Positions 10,160-20,720 of a stretch of 64,000 nucleotides of DNA are shown here, one piece after another; the stretch's first letter is position 1, and every line of letters starts with the position of its first letter. Position numbers and translations under genes: made by a program. This stretch comes from Methanomassiliicoccaceae archaeon (GTDB taxonomy: Archaea > Thermoplasmatota > Thermoplasmata > Methanomassiliicoccales > Methanomassiliicoccaceae). Below the pieces are notes generated by a model. The model saw only the letters and a program-made list of their open reading frames with translations. It was not told where the DNA came from and ran no database searches. The stretch covers positions 160,001 to 224,000 of the forward strand of contig CAVSJV010000003.1 in assembly GCA_963728405.1 (NCBI GenBank), written 5' to 3'.

Positions 10160-10676
10160 CCCGCTTCCCCCGCTCGCAGGGTATGACCTTCATGTGCCCC
10201 TTGAAATCGGTGCGCAGCCCCTGACCTTCTTTCAACCGGTCCAGGAATACTCCCAAGGCGGCCACCTCGGAGTGGGGCTGATTGCCCACGCCCACGTTGA
10301 AGGTCGCTGCCTGATAGACCTCGGGCGGCACCTTCTCTGCCCCGACCACGATCAGCATCCTCTCGGTCATCGCCTCGCGAACGCGGGGCATGGCGTCATC
10401 GATATGCGTCCCGTACATTGTCAGGTGGACCCTGGTCCCCTCGAACTTGCGCAGCAGGTCCTTCCACTTGACCCCAGTGGTGATCTCAAAATTCCCGCCG
10501 AAGCGCTTCACCACCGACCGGACGCTCCTCTCCAGCTCCTCGTCATAGGTGGACACGAAGATCCCTTGGGCACCGAAGGCCCTCGCGGTCAGAGCCACGT
10601 GGGTCGTTACCCGCTTGTCCCTCTCCGGGCGATGGCCCAGCCTAAGGACGTAGATATCGCCCATAGGGGCGATCAC
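10140..10676 (-). CDS. trm56: tRNA (cytidine(56)-2'-O)-methyltransferase aTrm56
   Basis: VLRLGHRPERDKRVTTHVALTARAFGA, VHLTMYG, VGAEKVP, NQPHSEVAAL. Confidence 0.95.
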   Translation of the reverse strand: MIAPMGDIYVLRLGHRPERDKRVTTHVALTARAFGAQGIFVSTYDEELERSVRSVVKRFGGNFEITTGVKWKDLLRKFEGTRVHLTMYGTHIDDAMPRVREAMTERMLIVVGAEKVPPEVYQAATFNVGVGNQPHSEVAALGVFLDRLKEGQGLRTDFKGHMKVIPCERGKRVVNDTE

Positions 10677-11176
10677 TCCTTCAACCGCTCTATGCGATGG
10701 CCCCGGTAATCAAGACGGACCGACCGCTTGACCAGACTGCGCAGCATGGTCGAAGTTATGCCTAACTTCTCGGCGATGTCCCCGGCAAAGCGACCTTCCG
10801 GACCTACCTCTTTGTAAATCTGCTTCTCCAGCTTATCGAACTCCTCCTCAGGCATCATGGCAGCGGCCAGGACGTCGGAGATCTCATAGACGGGCCAGGA
10901 TGCGTTGATGTGAAAGGAGGTGTAATAGGTATGATAGGCCTTTTCAGGGAAAGAACCGCTCGTTGATTGCCACCTGGTCTCCACGAGCTTCATCTTTTCA
11001 AAAAACTTGAGGGCATCGGACCCTTCGGTTCCGAATTTGGCCTCGATATCTTTGGCGGTACGCCATTCTAGCGTTACCTCCTTGAGAACCTCCCTCTTAA
11101 CCTTGGTATCAACGGCACGCAACATCGGTACAAGCTCCGATGGCTCGTTGATTACCTTGATTCTGTTCATAGCCAA
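10673..11176 (-). CDS. Archaeal ArsR-like transcriptional regulator
   Basis: INEPSELVPML..LVETRW..PEKAYHTYY pattern; coupled to trm56. Confidence 0.75.
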   Translation of the reverse strand: MAMNRIKVINEPSELVPMLRAVDTKVKREVLKEVTLEWRTAKDIEAKFGTEGSDALKFFEKMKLVETRWQSTSGSFPEKAYHTYYTSFHINASWPVYEISDVLAAAMMPEEEFDKLEKQIYKEVGPEGRFAGDIAEKLGITSTMLRSLVKRSVRLDYRGHRIERLKE

Positions 11177-11291
11177 CCTAATTAGTTTGATAGAATATAA
11201 AGGACTACCGCCCCATTCTATCTTCTTGGGTTAAATTGAGGCTGTAAGAAGACCTCAAAGATTATTAACACCATTTGAAATACACCTGGCG

Positions 11292-11477
11292 ATGGCGGCC
11301 AAGCAGAAGCCAAAGAAGATCAAATATCAGTGCGCCATGACCGGAAAGGTCTTCGACTCTGAGGAAGAGGCCCTCAAGGGCTGCGAAGGCCCGTTCCAGG
11401 TATACATGGAGGGTTACGATCGGTACCCCACGAAGGGCTTCTTCGGCATCATTACCTGGCGCAAGAAAAAGAAGTGA
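11292..11477 (+). CDS. Small basic hypothetical protein
   Basis: 61-aa Lys-rich ORF after an AT-rich promoter-like stretch; host-like codons. Confidence 0.6.
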   Translation: MAAKQKPKKIKYQCAMTGKVFDSEEEALKGCEGPFQVYMEGYDRYPTKGFFGIITWRKKKK

Positions 11478-11478
11478 T

Positions 11479-12054
11479 TTAGAAGCTCAATAGCAGCGCC
11501 AGCCCAATCAGAGGTATGACGATCATCAGGAAATCGTCATCTACATAGCTTGTTTTGAACCCTTCGGCCAACAGCGCCAGCGCCGATGCTATCGCTGCGG
11601 CCGCCACTATCCTAAGGTCGAGCGGCAGAAGCAGACCGAGAATCGTCAGCATGATCGCCAGGTGCAGAGCATAGGGAAACCAGGGATACCATTTCGTCCT
11701 TCGGAGCTTTCCTATGACCGGGTCCACGACGGCCATGCCCACGATGACCGGGGCGGCAAGCTCGAACGGGAAGAACAAGAAGGCGAAGGTCAGTGCTATT
11801 GCAGCCCATGCGCCGGCCGAGATCTGGTCCCGCTCGTAGCTCCTCATGCCTGGCACGTTAAAACCGATCACCAGGCGGAGGAGCTCGAAGCCCAGGGTCA
11901 AGGCCAGGGCGATGAGCAGGGCGACCTGGCGGGACGGCCCGCCATCCCATAAGGGCGAAGGAAGGAAATAGTATACCAGGAACACCGGGGCTGATATGTG
12001 AACGATCCTCCGGGCGATACTACCGTGATCCATTTGCTCCCTGAACAACATCAC
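11479..12054 (-). CDS. Membrane protein, dolichol/phytol kinase-like (CTP-transferase family)
   Basis: RRIVH, RSYERDQI, VDDDFLM; multiple TM segments. Confidence 0.65.
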   Translation of the reverse strand: MMLFREQMDHGSIARRIVHISAPVFLVYYFLPSPLWDGGPSRQVALLIALALTLGFELLRLVIGFNVPGMRSYERDQISAGAWAAIALTFAFLFFPFELAAPVIVGMAVVDPVIGKLRRTKWYPWFPYALHLAIMLTILGLLLPLDLRIVAAAAIASALALLAEGFKTSYVDDDFLMIVIPLIGLALLLSF

Positions 12055-12063
12055 ATTGCTCAG

Positions 12064-13536
12064 TTAAAACCTGTGTCCGACCACTTCCGATCGATCCGCT
12101 TGTACAGGTAATAAGTGCAGGCCGTCAAGAAGCTCAATACGACCACGATGGCCGCAGCCGTAATCACCGGGGTCCCGATCCACCGAGAAGGAAAGGATCG
12201 ATAGGCAGATATCCGGCAGCAGTGAGACCATGGTGAACTTGAACAGGACGTCGGGATTGAAGAGGAAGGAGTTGGGGTGAAGGCCGGTTAGGTAGGCGAT
12301 GGACACCACCATGTAGGCCGAGGTGACGTAAAGGACGGGCAGGGCGAGCCACAGCATCCTGGTCTCGTTGTTCAGGAAAGAGATCATCACCACGAAGGCG
12401 GTCGATATGCCGGTCGTGAGGAACAGGAACATGAACAGCTTTGAGCGGATGACTTTGGGTACGCTGACCGGCAAGGTCTCGTAGTAATCGACCACGTCCA
12501 TGTTGGTCAGCCAGGAGTAAAGCATCACTCCGAAGAAGCCGACCATGGCGGCATAGAAGACGGTGTTGAACCCCACCGGTACGTTAAGGCCGTTGTTCAC
12601 GTACCAGGTAGTGAAGCTTAGGAAGGTGAGCGGAGCGATGAAGGTGAAGGCCATCTTTCCTAGGGTTCCGCTCCTCAGCAGGTCGACGAACTCCTTGGCC
12701 AGCAGCGGCTGGTAGGTGCGGGCGAAGGCGAAGCGAGGGAGGTACGAGGGAAGCATGTCCGTTCGCGGTCCCTTCTTCCTGACCTCCCCTTCGTATGATT
12801 CGGCCACGAACAGCACGGCCAGGGCGGTGAAGATGAGGAACGAAAATAGAGCCAGCGCGAGGAACATGAACGCGGTCCCGACGTCACTGCCGAAGGGAGG
12901 AAGATAGAACTGGAAGCCCAGGGACGGAAGTATTACCTCCATTCCGTAAAGGTGGAATGCCCCGTAGCCGACCAGCAGAGCGAGCAATGCCGCCACCAGG
13001 ATGGCGAAGACGTAGCGGTTGCGAGAACCGATCACCGAGATGGCAAAGCTGAGCGATATGCCGAACAGGAAGGATAGGACCATGGTGGAGAAGACCATCA
13101 GGACCGATATCAGTGAATGGTAGACGATGAACGACCCCGCCAGCAGGCCGAGGAAGGCCGGTCCGAGCATGAGAACCAGGTAGAAGATCACGTCCCGCAG
13201 GTACATGCCCAGGAAAGTGGAGCGGTAGGACATCGGCAGCAGGGCGGGCATTGCCACCAGGAAGTTGTTCTTGCCCTGCCTTCGCTCCACATAGGTCTTG
13301 CCCAGGAAGCCGAAGGCACCTACGCTGATGCCGTAGAGGAAGACGCCGGCATTGAGGTTGGTGACCATGTCCTTGAGGCTGAAGGTCCCCTGGAGGTTGG
13401 TCAAGGTGATGGACATGATCAGGGCGATCACGAACACGAAGACCGGGATGGCCAGGAACATCCTGGCCGACGAATAGGAGATGTGTAGGCGATACTCCTC
13501 GCGGAGCATCAGCCTAAGTAGCGGCATCCTCACCAA
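12064..13536 (-). CDS. ABC exporter permease (multi-TM); probable frameshift near the 3' end
   Basis: Hydrophobic, two-repeat architecture, overlaps an ABC ATPase gene. Confidence 0.75.
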   Translation of the reverse strand: MVRMPLLRLMLREEYRLHISYSSARMFLAIPVFVFVIALIMSITLTNLQGTFSLKDMVTNLNAGVFLYGISVGAFGFLGKTYVERRQGKNNFLVAMPALLPMSYRSTFLGMYLRDVIFYLVLMLGPAFLGLLAGSFIVYHSLISVLMVFSTMVLSFLFGISLSFAISVIGSRNRYVFAILVAALLALLVGYGAFHLYGMEVILPSLGFQFYLPPFGSDVGTAFMFLALALFSFLIFTALAVLFVAESYEGEVRKKGPRTDMLPSYLPRFAFARTYQPLLAKEFVDLLRSGTLGKMAFTFIAPLTFLSFTTWYVNNGLNVPVGFNTVFYAAMVGFFGVMLYSWLTNMDVVDYYETLPVSVPKVIRSKLFMFLFLTTGISTAFVVMISFLNNETRMLWLALPVLYVTSAYMVVSIAYLTGLHPNSFLFNPDVLFKFTMVSLLPDICLSILSFSVDRDPGDYGCGHRGRIELLDGLHLLPVQADRSEVVGHRF

Positions 13537-14233
13537 CCATGCGCAGGAAGAGCGTCTCGAGATCCTCTTTGGCCGTAAGCTCGGCCACGCCGCCGCTGGC
13601 GATGACCTTGCCGCGGTTGATGATGACCATCTCCTGGCATAGCTTCTGAGCCATCTCCAGAATATGGGAGCATAGGAAGATGGTCCGCCCTTGCCCCCTT
13701 AGCTCCAGGAGGTACTCCCGGACCTTATGCTGGTAGATGGGGTCGAGGTTCACGAAGGGCTCATCGAGGAACAGTAGCTCCGGCTCGTGGATGAAGGCGG
13801 CCGAGAGCATTACCTTCTGGCGCATGCCCTTGGATAGGTCCTTGCACAGCGTGCCCTTGGTCTCCTGGAGGTCAAAGAACTTCAACCACCGATCGACCCG
13901 CGCCTCGATATCGTCGACCTTCCGGACCTCGGCCACGAAGTAAAGGAACTCATAGGCGGTCAGGTAGCTGGGAGGGGACTCCACCTCGGGAACGATACCC
14001 ACCTTCCCCCGTACTTGGATGCCGTGGTCCTTGACATCAAGGCCGAGCACCTGGGCCTCCCCGCTGGTCGGGGGGATCTGGCCGGTAAGCACCTTGAGCA
14101 ACGTGCTCTTCCCTGCCCCGTTGGGGCCGAAACAGCCGAAGAAGGTACCTTTTGGAACAGTGAAAGTGATGTCGTCCAGGGCATTAACGGTGGAGTACCT
14201 CTTGCGAAGGTTGCGCACCATGATGGCGGGCAT
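13514..14233 (-). CDS. ABC transporter ATP-binding protein (CcmA/DrrA type)
   Basis: GPNGAGKS, LSKGMRQK, LFLDEPF. Confidence 0.93.
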   Translation of the reverse strand: MPAIMVRNLRKRYSTVNALDDITFTVPKGTFFGCFGPNGAGKSTLLKVLTGQIPPTSGEAQVLGLDVKDHGIQVRGKVGIVPEVESPPSYLTAYEFLYFVAEVRKVDDIEARVDRWLKFFDLQETKGTLCKDLSKGMRQKVMLSAAFIHEPELLFLDEPFVNLDPIYQHKVREYLLELRGQGRTIFLCSHILEMAQKLCQEMVIINRGKVIASGGVAELTAKEDLETLFLRMVGEDAAT

Positions 14234-14609
14234 AGATGTTTCATCCGCTGGGCATTATATAACCCCTATTACGCAGTTATCAGCTGACTTTTCACCCGGG
14301 CCCAGTAAATAATATTTATTATTTATTTTATTATCCGTAATGAATGCGGTCGGTCGACCGCGCATCGCCATCAAGGGCTCCAAACCTTGGCGATCGGAGC
14401 GGCCCCGCTTTTCGGCCCCCAGTAGGCTTCAACTTCGGCCACATTGGCCTGGCCAATGGATGGCCACCATCCGGGCCGAGCTACCCATATCATCGCCCAG
14501 CAACTGTCCTGGCCAAGGGTCGAGGATGTGTCATAGGATATATCTGCTCAATTTTCATTTTATTCCATGATGCATGATTTTATTATACCCATGGGCCTTT
14601 TCATCCATT

Positions 14610-15098
14610 ATGACAACTTATCAACCGCCCGCACAACCGGCGCCCTATTACCCAGCGCCCCAGCGCCACCGCCCATTAGGTGTCACCATCATGGCCATCC
14701 TAGAGATCCTGGGCGGCCTGGGAGCGCTCGTCGTATCCCTTGCCATGTTCGTGGTCGCGGCATTGGCCACCAGCCAGGAGATCATCAACCAGCTGGGCCC
14801 GGACGTGCCACAATGGATCATTGACGCCGCCCCGGCCCTGTTCGCAGTGCTCGGAGCCGTGTTCCTTATCATCGCTCTCGTCTCCTTCCTTCTGGCATGG
14901 GGATTCTTGCGGGGGAAGAGATGGGCTCGGATGGTCGGTATCGTATTTGCGGCCATCAGCATCATCATGAACGTTGCCACCGCGATAATTTCCTTGAACG
15001 CCATCGGTCTCGCTACCCTCGGATTCTCGGTAATCATCCCGGTCGTCATCATCCTATATCTGATGATGCCCTCGGCCAAGGCCTGGTTCACTCAGTGA
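14610..15098 (+). CDS. Four-TM membrane protein
   Basis: RPLGVTIMAIL..GKRWAR..YLMMPSAKAWF pattern; pyrimidine-rich tract downstream. Confidence 0.75.
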   Translation: MTTYQPPAQPAPYYPAPQRHRPLGVTIMAILEILGGLGALVVSLAMFVVAALATSQEIINQLGPDVPQWIIDAAPALFAVLGAVFLIIALVSFLLAWGFLRGKRWARMVGIVFAAISIIMNVATAIISLNAIGLATLGFSVIIPVVIILYLMMPSAKAWFTQ

Positions 15099-15177
15099 GC
15101 CGATCAAACCCTTTCTTCCTTCTTTTCTGACATCACACTACTCAACATTGATTATCTGATAGTTCATTTCCCGCCCC

Positions 15178-15727
15178 ATGGCCTTGTCCAAGAAGCTCAT
15201 CCTCGGCATCGTGGCGATCGTGGTGGTCATCACCATGCTGCTGATGATCGTCCTACCCTACAACTCATTGATTTCGAAGGACCAGGATGTAAAGAACAAA
15301 TGGAGCAATATCAAGATCGAGCTGCAAAGGAAGTACGACCTTCTGCCTCAAGTATTGTCCGCTGTCAACACATCCATGGGATTCGAACAAAGCCTACTTA
15401 CTAACATCACCACATTAAGGACCCAATGGCTCAATGAGCTTGCTAGTAACAACGTACAGGGAACGGCGAACACCACCGCTGCACTCGATGTGCAAGTAGG
15501 ATCGTTCTTGTCCATCGCCGAGAACTATCCTGACATTAAATCCATCGCGGTCATCCAAGACTTTATCATTACTGTGGAAGGCTCGGAGAACCGCATCGCT
15601 GCGGCCAGGATCGTTCTATAACGATGCGGTAAATGATTACAATACCGCCGTCAGAAGCTTTCCCAACAACATGGTGGCGGGCTCCTTCGGCTTCGGCCAG
15701 GCAGAATACTTCCAGCAGGGGCTGTGA
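15178..15727 (+). CDS. lemA: LemA family protein (frameshift near 15615)
   Basis: YNSL..WSNIKIELQRKYDLLP, AENYPDIKS, EGSENRIAAAR / YNDAVNDYNTAVRSFPNN. Confidence 0.88.
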
Positions 15728-15733
15728 GACGGG

Positions 15734-16486
15734 GTGCGTTCGTCCACCCGGGTCGTGGCCGGCCTCCTGGTCCTGGCCATAGTGGTCGGCGGGACGGTTG
15801 CGGGAGCGTACCTGCTCCTCAAACCATCCTCCAGCGGCGGCTCTGATCCGGGGATACCGAAGCTTGACTACTACGCCACTGACCTGGCGGGGGCCATATC
15901 GGAGGATGATCTGTATTGGCTCGGGGAGGTCTGCTACGAGGTCGATTCCAACTCCTCCTGCGAGATGGCCGTGGTGGTGGTCAATACGACCCATCCCTAT
16001 GACATTAATTACTTCGCCCTGAGAACGTTCCAGTATAACCAGATAGGTAAGGCGGGAAAGGACAATGGCGTATTGGTGGTCGTGGCGACCGACGACAACA
16101 CCTGGAGGATCGAGGTCGGGTACGGGCTCGAGGGCATACTGACCGATGTCCGGGTCAAGCACCTGGCCCAAGAGTTCCTTGAACCCAATATGACTGCTGG
16201 CTCCTACGGCGACGGTCTCTTCGAGCTCACTGCTGCAATGGGCGACATCATTGAGATCGAGTACCAGGGAGATCGCTCCGGGACCCCCGCCTTCCAGATC
16301 TTCGGCGTTTCACTATCGTGGTTCGACATAGCCATTATCGCGGTTATCGTCATCGTGCTATCGATCATCACCAGAGGCCGGATCCTATGGCCGCTCGTCT
16401 GGGTACTGACCCTGATGAGCGGTAGGGGCGGAGGCAGCTTCGGCGGAGGGCGTTCCGGCGGCGGGGGGGCCTCAGGAGGACGATGA
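15734..16486 (+). CDS. TPM-domain protein with Gly-rich tail
   Basis: IGKAGKDNGVLVVVA..RIEVGYGLEGILTD, FGGGRSGGGGASG. Confidence 0.9.
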   Translation: MRSSTRVVAGLLVLAIVVGGTVAGAYLLLKPSSSGGSDPGIPKLDYYATDLAGAISEDDLYWLGEVCYEVDSNSSCEMAVVVVNTTHPYDINYFALRTFQYNQIGKAGKDNGVLVVVATDDNTWRIEVGYGLEGILTDVRVKHLAQEFLEPNMTAGSYGDGLFELTAAMGDIIEIEYQGDRSGTPAFQIFGVSLSWFDIAIIAVIVIVLSIITRGRILWPLVWVLTLMSGRGGGSFGGGRSGGGGASGGR

Positions 16487-16532
16487 CCGCTGGACATATT
16501 AGGCCCCAGAGCATCCTGCAAGGGAGCGGACG

Positions 16533-17084
16533 ATGAGGGCTTACTGCATGGTCGGGGTCAGGGGGAGCGGCAAGACCACGCTCATCCGTTCGGTGCTGCC
16601 CAGGGTGGGGCGCTTCGAGTATATCTCCACGGACACGGTGATACGCTCCCTGGTCGGCACTCAGTACCCCCAGTTCAACAACTTTCCGGATGAGGTCAAG
16701 AAACAGACCCGGAGCCGGGCCATAATGTACATGCGGGAGGAGACCGAGCGGTTCCATAGCCAACTGATCGTAGAGGACCACGCCACCCTCTACAACCCGA
16801 ACACCCGGAAGCTCGAGCGAGTCATCCCTGAGGAGGCCTCGTTCTTCTACTCGGACATCATCCTTCATTCCGTTGAGCCGAGAATGGTCCTGCAGCGGCG
16901 GCGCTCCGACCAGCTGGTCAGGCGGACCCTGGATCTAGAATTCATCAAGCGGGAGGTCCTGGTGGAGGAGGATATGGCCCGCAAATATGCCGACATCGCC
17001 GGCATGGACTTCCACGTCATCAAGGACCAGGGGGGCCCGGAGCCGGCCGAGAAGCTGTTCCGTCTGCTCTCAGGCTATCCTTGA
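16533..17084 (+). CDS. P-loop kinase, archaeal adenylate-kinase-like
   Basis: GVRGSGKTT Walker A, IVEDHA, RRRSD lid-like motif. Confidence 0.7.
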   Translation: MRAYCMVGVRGSGKTTLIRSVLPRVGRFEYISTDTVIRSLVGTQYPQFNNFPDEVKKQTRSRAIMYMREETERFHSQLIVEDHATLYNPNTRKLERVIPEEASFFYSDIILHSVEPRMVLQRRRSDQLVRRTLDLEFIKREVLVEEDMARKYADIAGMDFHVIKDQGGPEPAEKLFRLLSGYP

Positions 17085-17099
17085 TCCGATCTTGAAGAT

Positions 17100-17321
17100 T
17101 TAACAGTCGCAACCGCACTTGCGCGGAGCGGTCCTGCCCGAGCATCTGGAGCATACCTTCTTGCTCGTATCAGAAACGTTCCAATCGGTGCAGTCGCCGC
17201 ATACCCACTCGTTACACTGGGTGCATTCGTAACCGACCTTGGGAGCGCCCGCTTCGACCGAACGCTGCTTGGACATCTTCTTCCCGCAGGCCTGGCACTT
17301 GATCATGTTGCTGTCCGGCAT
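17100..17321 (-). CDS. Small Cys-rich zinc-binding protein
   Basis: Four CxxC pairs plus terminal CGCDC; GGTGG SD before ATG. Confidence 0.65.
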   Translation of the reverse strand: MPDSNMIKCQACGKKMSKQRSVEAGAPKVGYECTQCNEWVCGDCTDWNVSDTSKKVCSRCSGRTAPRKCGCDC

Positions 17322-17478
17322 GGTTCCACCTAAGATGGCATTCAAAGAGGTGATATTTCAAAGCACTAGGAATTTATTTCCGATGCGGTGTAGAAATTCA
17401 TAGATGTCGTCCAGGGCCTTTCCCTGAAAACCTCATATATACACCATGTTATCACGGCACACTCAACGGAGGGGGACC

Positions 17479-17787
17479 ATGAAGGGCAACAGTGTGCTTA
17501 CCAGCAAGATCGAGAACGAGATAGAGCTTCTCCAAAGGCACGTTCAAATGCTGAAGGCCATCATGGACAATGAGCCCATCGGGATCATCCGGTTGTCCGA
17601 GCTTTTAGACTTCCCCCAGCATAAGGTAAGGTATTCCCTACGCATTTTGGAGCAGGAAGGCCTCATCCACCCGTCACCAGAGGGAGCAGTGACTACGGAC
17701 AAGCTCAAGGCATTCATGGAGCACCTCAGGGTCATCCTCGACGACATGGAGAAGACCGTCAAGGAACTCAAGTCCCAGCTGGATTAG
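17479..17787 (+). CDS. Archaeal winged-helix protein (COG3388-like)
   Basis: EPIGIIRLSELLDFPQHKVRYSLRILEQEGLIHPSPEGA; SD GGAGG. Confidence 0.82.
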   Translation: MKGNSVLTSKIENEIELLQRHVQMLKAIMDNEPIGIIRLSELLDFPQHKVRYSLRILEQEGLIHPSPEGAVTTDKLKAFMEHLRVILDDMEKTVKELKSQLD

Positions 17788-17832
17788 GAGCGGAAAGGCT
17801 TAATATTAGAGGGTAATTGCACTTACCTACAC

Positions 17833-17927
17833 GCCGTCGTAGCTCAGCTGGTAGAGCGTGTGACTGTTAATCCCTGAACAGGGGAACGGTCATCACAAGG
17901 TCAACGGTTCGAGCCCGTTCGACGGCG
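17833..17927 (+). tRNA. tRNA-Asn(GTT) with a 22-nt intron (17870-17891) at position 37/38
   Basis: Acceptor GCCGTCG/CGACGGC, anticodon stem TGTGA/TCACA, GTTCGAG T-loop, BHB motif (CTGT/ACGG helix), TATA-like TTAATA upstream. Confidence 0.93.
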
Positions 17928-17954
17928 CCTTCCCTCTTCTCTTTTACCATCGTT

Positions 17955-18920
17955 GAAGTTAGTTGAATAAATCCTCGCGCGCATCGCGTTCCACATCCAG
18001 AACTTGTTCTCGACCTCCGAGAACATGAGGTCGCGGCGTCGCGACCTCACCTCGCTGCCGAGCGTTCGCTTCACCGCCGAGAATACATACTCGACCATCC
18101 AGCGCAACCCGTATTGCGTAGCGCTCTTCCCAGCCATTCTGGCCGATGGCGTTCCGCTCCCTGACCGCTCGCGGTCGAGCGAACGTATGACCGCGACAAC
18201 GCATCGTCGCGTCGCTGGCGATCCTGATGCCTGCCTCGATGCCATGACGATGTCAGCAGATCGAAGTTGTCCAGCGTGTCGTAGCCGCCGTCGGCGAGCA
18301 CTCTTGTCACCTGAATTCCGCGAGCCAGCACCTGCTCGACGAGCTCGGCGAGCACGCTGTTGTTCGCCGACCTTATCGTCCGTCACCACGACGCCGAGCA
18401 CTTCGAGCGTCCCCACATCGACAGCGACGTGCGCCTTGACGAAGCCACGACGCTTGTGCCAGTGATCGCGCATCCATTCCCCCCGCAACGAAGGTCGAGA
18501 AGCCCGTCGAGTCGACTTCGCTGATCGTCGCTCGACGAGGCGGCACCACCGGTGCCGCATGAAGCGCCTGAAGGCGCTTCCAGATCGTCGTGAAGTCCGG
18601 CGCTTTCATGCCGAGCACCGAGAGCATGCGGCGCAGATGTCCCTCGGCCGCGCGCATGCTCAAGCGCAGTTCGACGATCAAGCGGCGGACCTCGTCCAGC
18701 ATCGCCGGCGGCAGCACGAACGGCCGCCCCCGCCGGCGGCCGTTGACCCGCCGCAGCTCGCTGCGCCAGCGAGCCGCGTCGACCGCGGCGCGCTCGCCGC
18801 GAGCAACGTATACTTCGTCGTTCGCATGCCAACGATTAACTATTCGTGAGTCAGACAAAGTCGAGTCTGGCATAGTTTTTACTATCGTTGTGACCGGGCG
18901 ACAAGCCACCACAAGGCATC
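17955..18920 (-). mobile_element. IS5-family (IS903-group-like) element with a frameshifted DDE transposase (about 17959-18873); boundaries approximate
   Basis: RRGRPF, PDFTTIWKR, DSTGF, GEW, KAHVAVD, LADGGYDT, VEYVFSAVKR; GTTGAATAAATC at 17962-17973 resembles the IS903 terminus; CpG-rich atypical composition. Confidence 0.85.
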
Positions 18921-19047
18921 ATCGACCCTATCACTTATAGAGCCGATGATCGGGCATCGGTCATTTTCAGGTCACGGGTCACCATGGAAGAGCGACCCCG
19001 CGACCTATTGATCTCTAATCACCGGTGCTGTCGGAACGCCAGTGCAC

Positions 19048-19864
19048 TCAGGCTCGGTCGATCATACAGGAGGTTGTGTCCAGGGCGTCAAGCTTGGCCA
19101 TATCGCCATCGAACAGCTCGAAATCGAACACTTCCATATTCTCCTTCAAATGATCCCTAGAAGTGGCTTTGGGGATGACGATGGCCCCTTTCTGCAGCGC
19201 CCAGCGTAGCATAATCTGGGCCGGCCTCTTGCCGTATCCTTCGGCCAATTCCATTATGACCTTTTCCTGCAACCGATTCCCATGAGTGAGAGGACTATAC
19301 GCCTCGATGCGAATACCCTTACCTTTACAATAATTGATGAGCTCTTGCTCGTTAACGAAGGGGTTGAACTCGATCTGATTGATCGCCGGGACCTTCCCGG
19401 CCACTTTAAGAAGCTCTTCGATCTGGGAGATATCATAATTGCTAACTCCGATGGAACGACACCGTCCTGTTTCCAGAATCTCTTCCATTGCCCTCCACGT
19501 CTCGAGGCTTTTGCCGGAGACAGGCCAATGGATCAGGTAGAGATCGATATGGTCCATGTCCAAACGGGCCAGGCTGCGATCGAAGGCGGCTAGAGTACCC
19601 TCGTAGCCCTGCTCCCCTACTCCCACTTTCGTGGTGATGAAGAGGTCCCGACGACAGTTTTCCGCTCTCCCGCACCGCCCTGCCGATCTCTTCCTCGTTA
19701 TTGTACACGGAGGCGGTATCGATGAGCCGGTAGCCTATGTCCAAGGCATCTAGGACCGCCTGATAGCAACTCTCCCCTGCCATCTTCCAGGTCCCCAGGC
19801 CGATGACGGGCATTCTTACCCCGTCGTTCAGTTCCAATCTGGATGAGGACTTCAGCTCGGGCAT
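19048..19864 (-). CDS. Aldo/keto reductase (frameshift near 19650)
   Basis: MPVIGLGTW, GYRLIDTASVYNNE, DLYLIHWP, IGVSNY, IPKA. Confidence 0.9.
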
Positions 19865-19898
19865 TAGACATCCCCATCAATCATCGGGGCTAGTGGTA

Positions 19899-20520
19899 TT
19901 AATCAATTAGGAGGAGGCCGGTCCACACCGGCCGGTCCCCGGCGGGGATCTCGAACGGCAGGCCGGCGTTCTTCGCCGTCAGGTAGACATCGATGCCCAT
20001 CGCTTCCATCGACGGCCGCGATCGGAAAGGGTGACGGCAATTCTCACCCGAGCCTTGCCCGACACATTCGTCGCACAGTTTGCACGGTCCGCCGGTGAAT
20101 GCCGTGGCGAAGCGGTAGCCCATCCTCAAGGCCTCCGATTCCAGGTCCCCCAGCAGGTTGATGAACGCCTTCTCGCTGGCCACCAGCCGCTCGAAATATT
20201 CCCCCTTCTCGTAGATGTCCTCCAACTTCTTGTCCTTGGACCCTTCCATGAACGCCGTGTTGAGAGGGATGGGGAACTGCACCACGATGGTATGCAGGTA
20301 TCTCTTCAGCACCTTGGAGAACTCGCCCATACCCATGACTGTTAGGCGGGCACATCAGGTTGCGGCCGTAGTTGGCGCACATCGGGACCATGCACTTGAG
20401 CCTGACCCGGGGATCCATGATCACACCGGGGGTGGCCATGACCTCAGCTCCGGAAGCGCCCTTGGCCTTGGCCATCTCGCACAGCCTATTCAGGTCTATA
20501 TGGGAGGACATCTGGTTCAC
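19899..20520 (-). CDS. DUF2284 metal-binding protein (frameshift near 20340)
   Basis: RVRLKC..CANYGRNLMCPP / GGPCKLCDEC..CRHPFRSRPSMEAMGIDV. Confidence 0.85.
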
Positions 20521-20720
20521 CTCGATATTAATGTCACCCTTCCCTGTGGAGGGCGATACCGAGGTATCTACATTGGATGCAATAACCTTTCAGACTGTCG
20601 GAGGTCGTGACCTTGCATCGGATTCCGCTTTTCCACGTGCCCTCGGTCCGAGCCCCGCACCGTCCAATGTTTCCTAATGGATTAATAGCTGCCAATACTA
20701 ATTCATTGATGGTAACGAGC

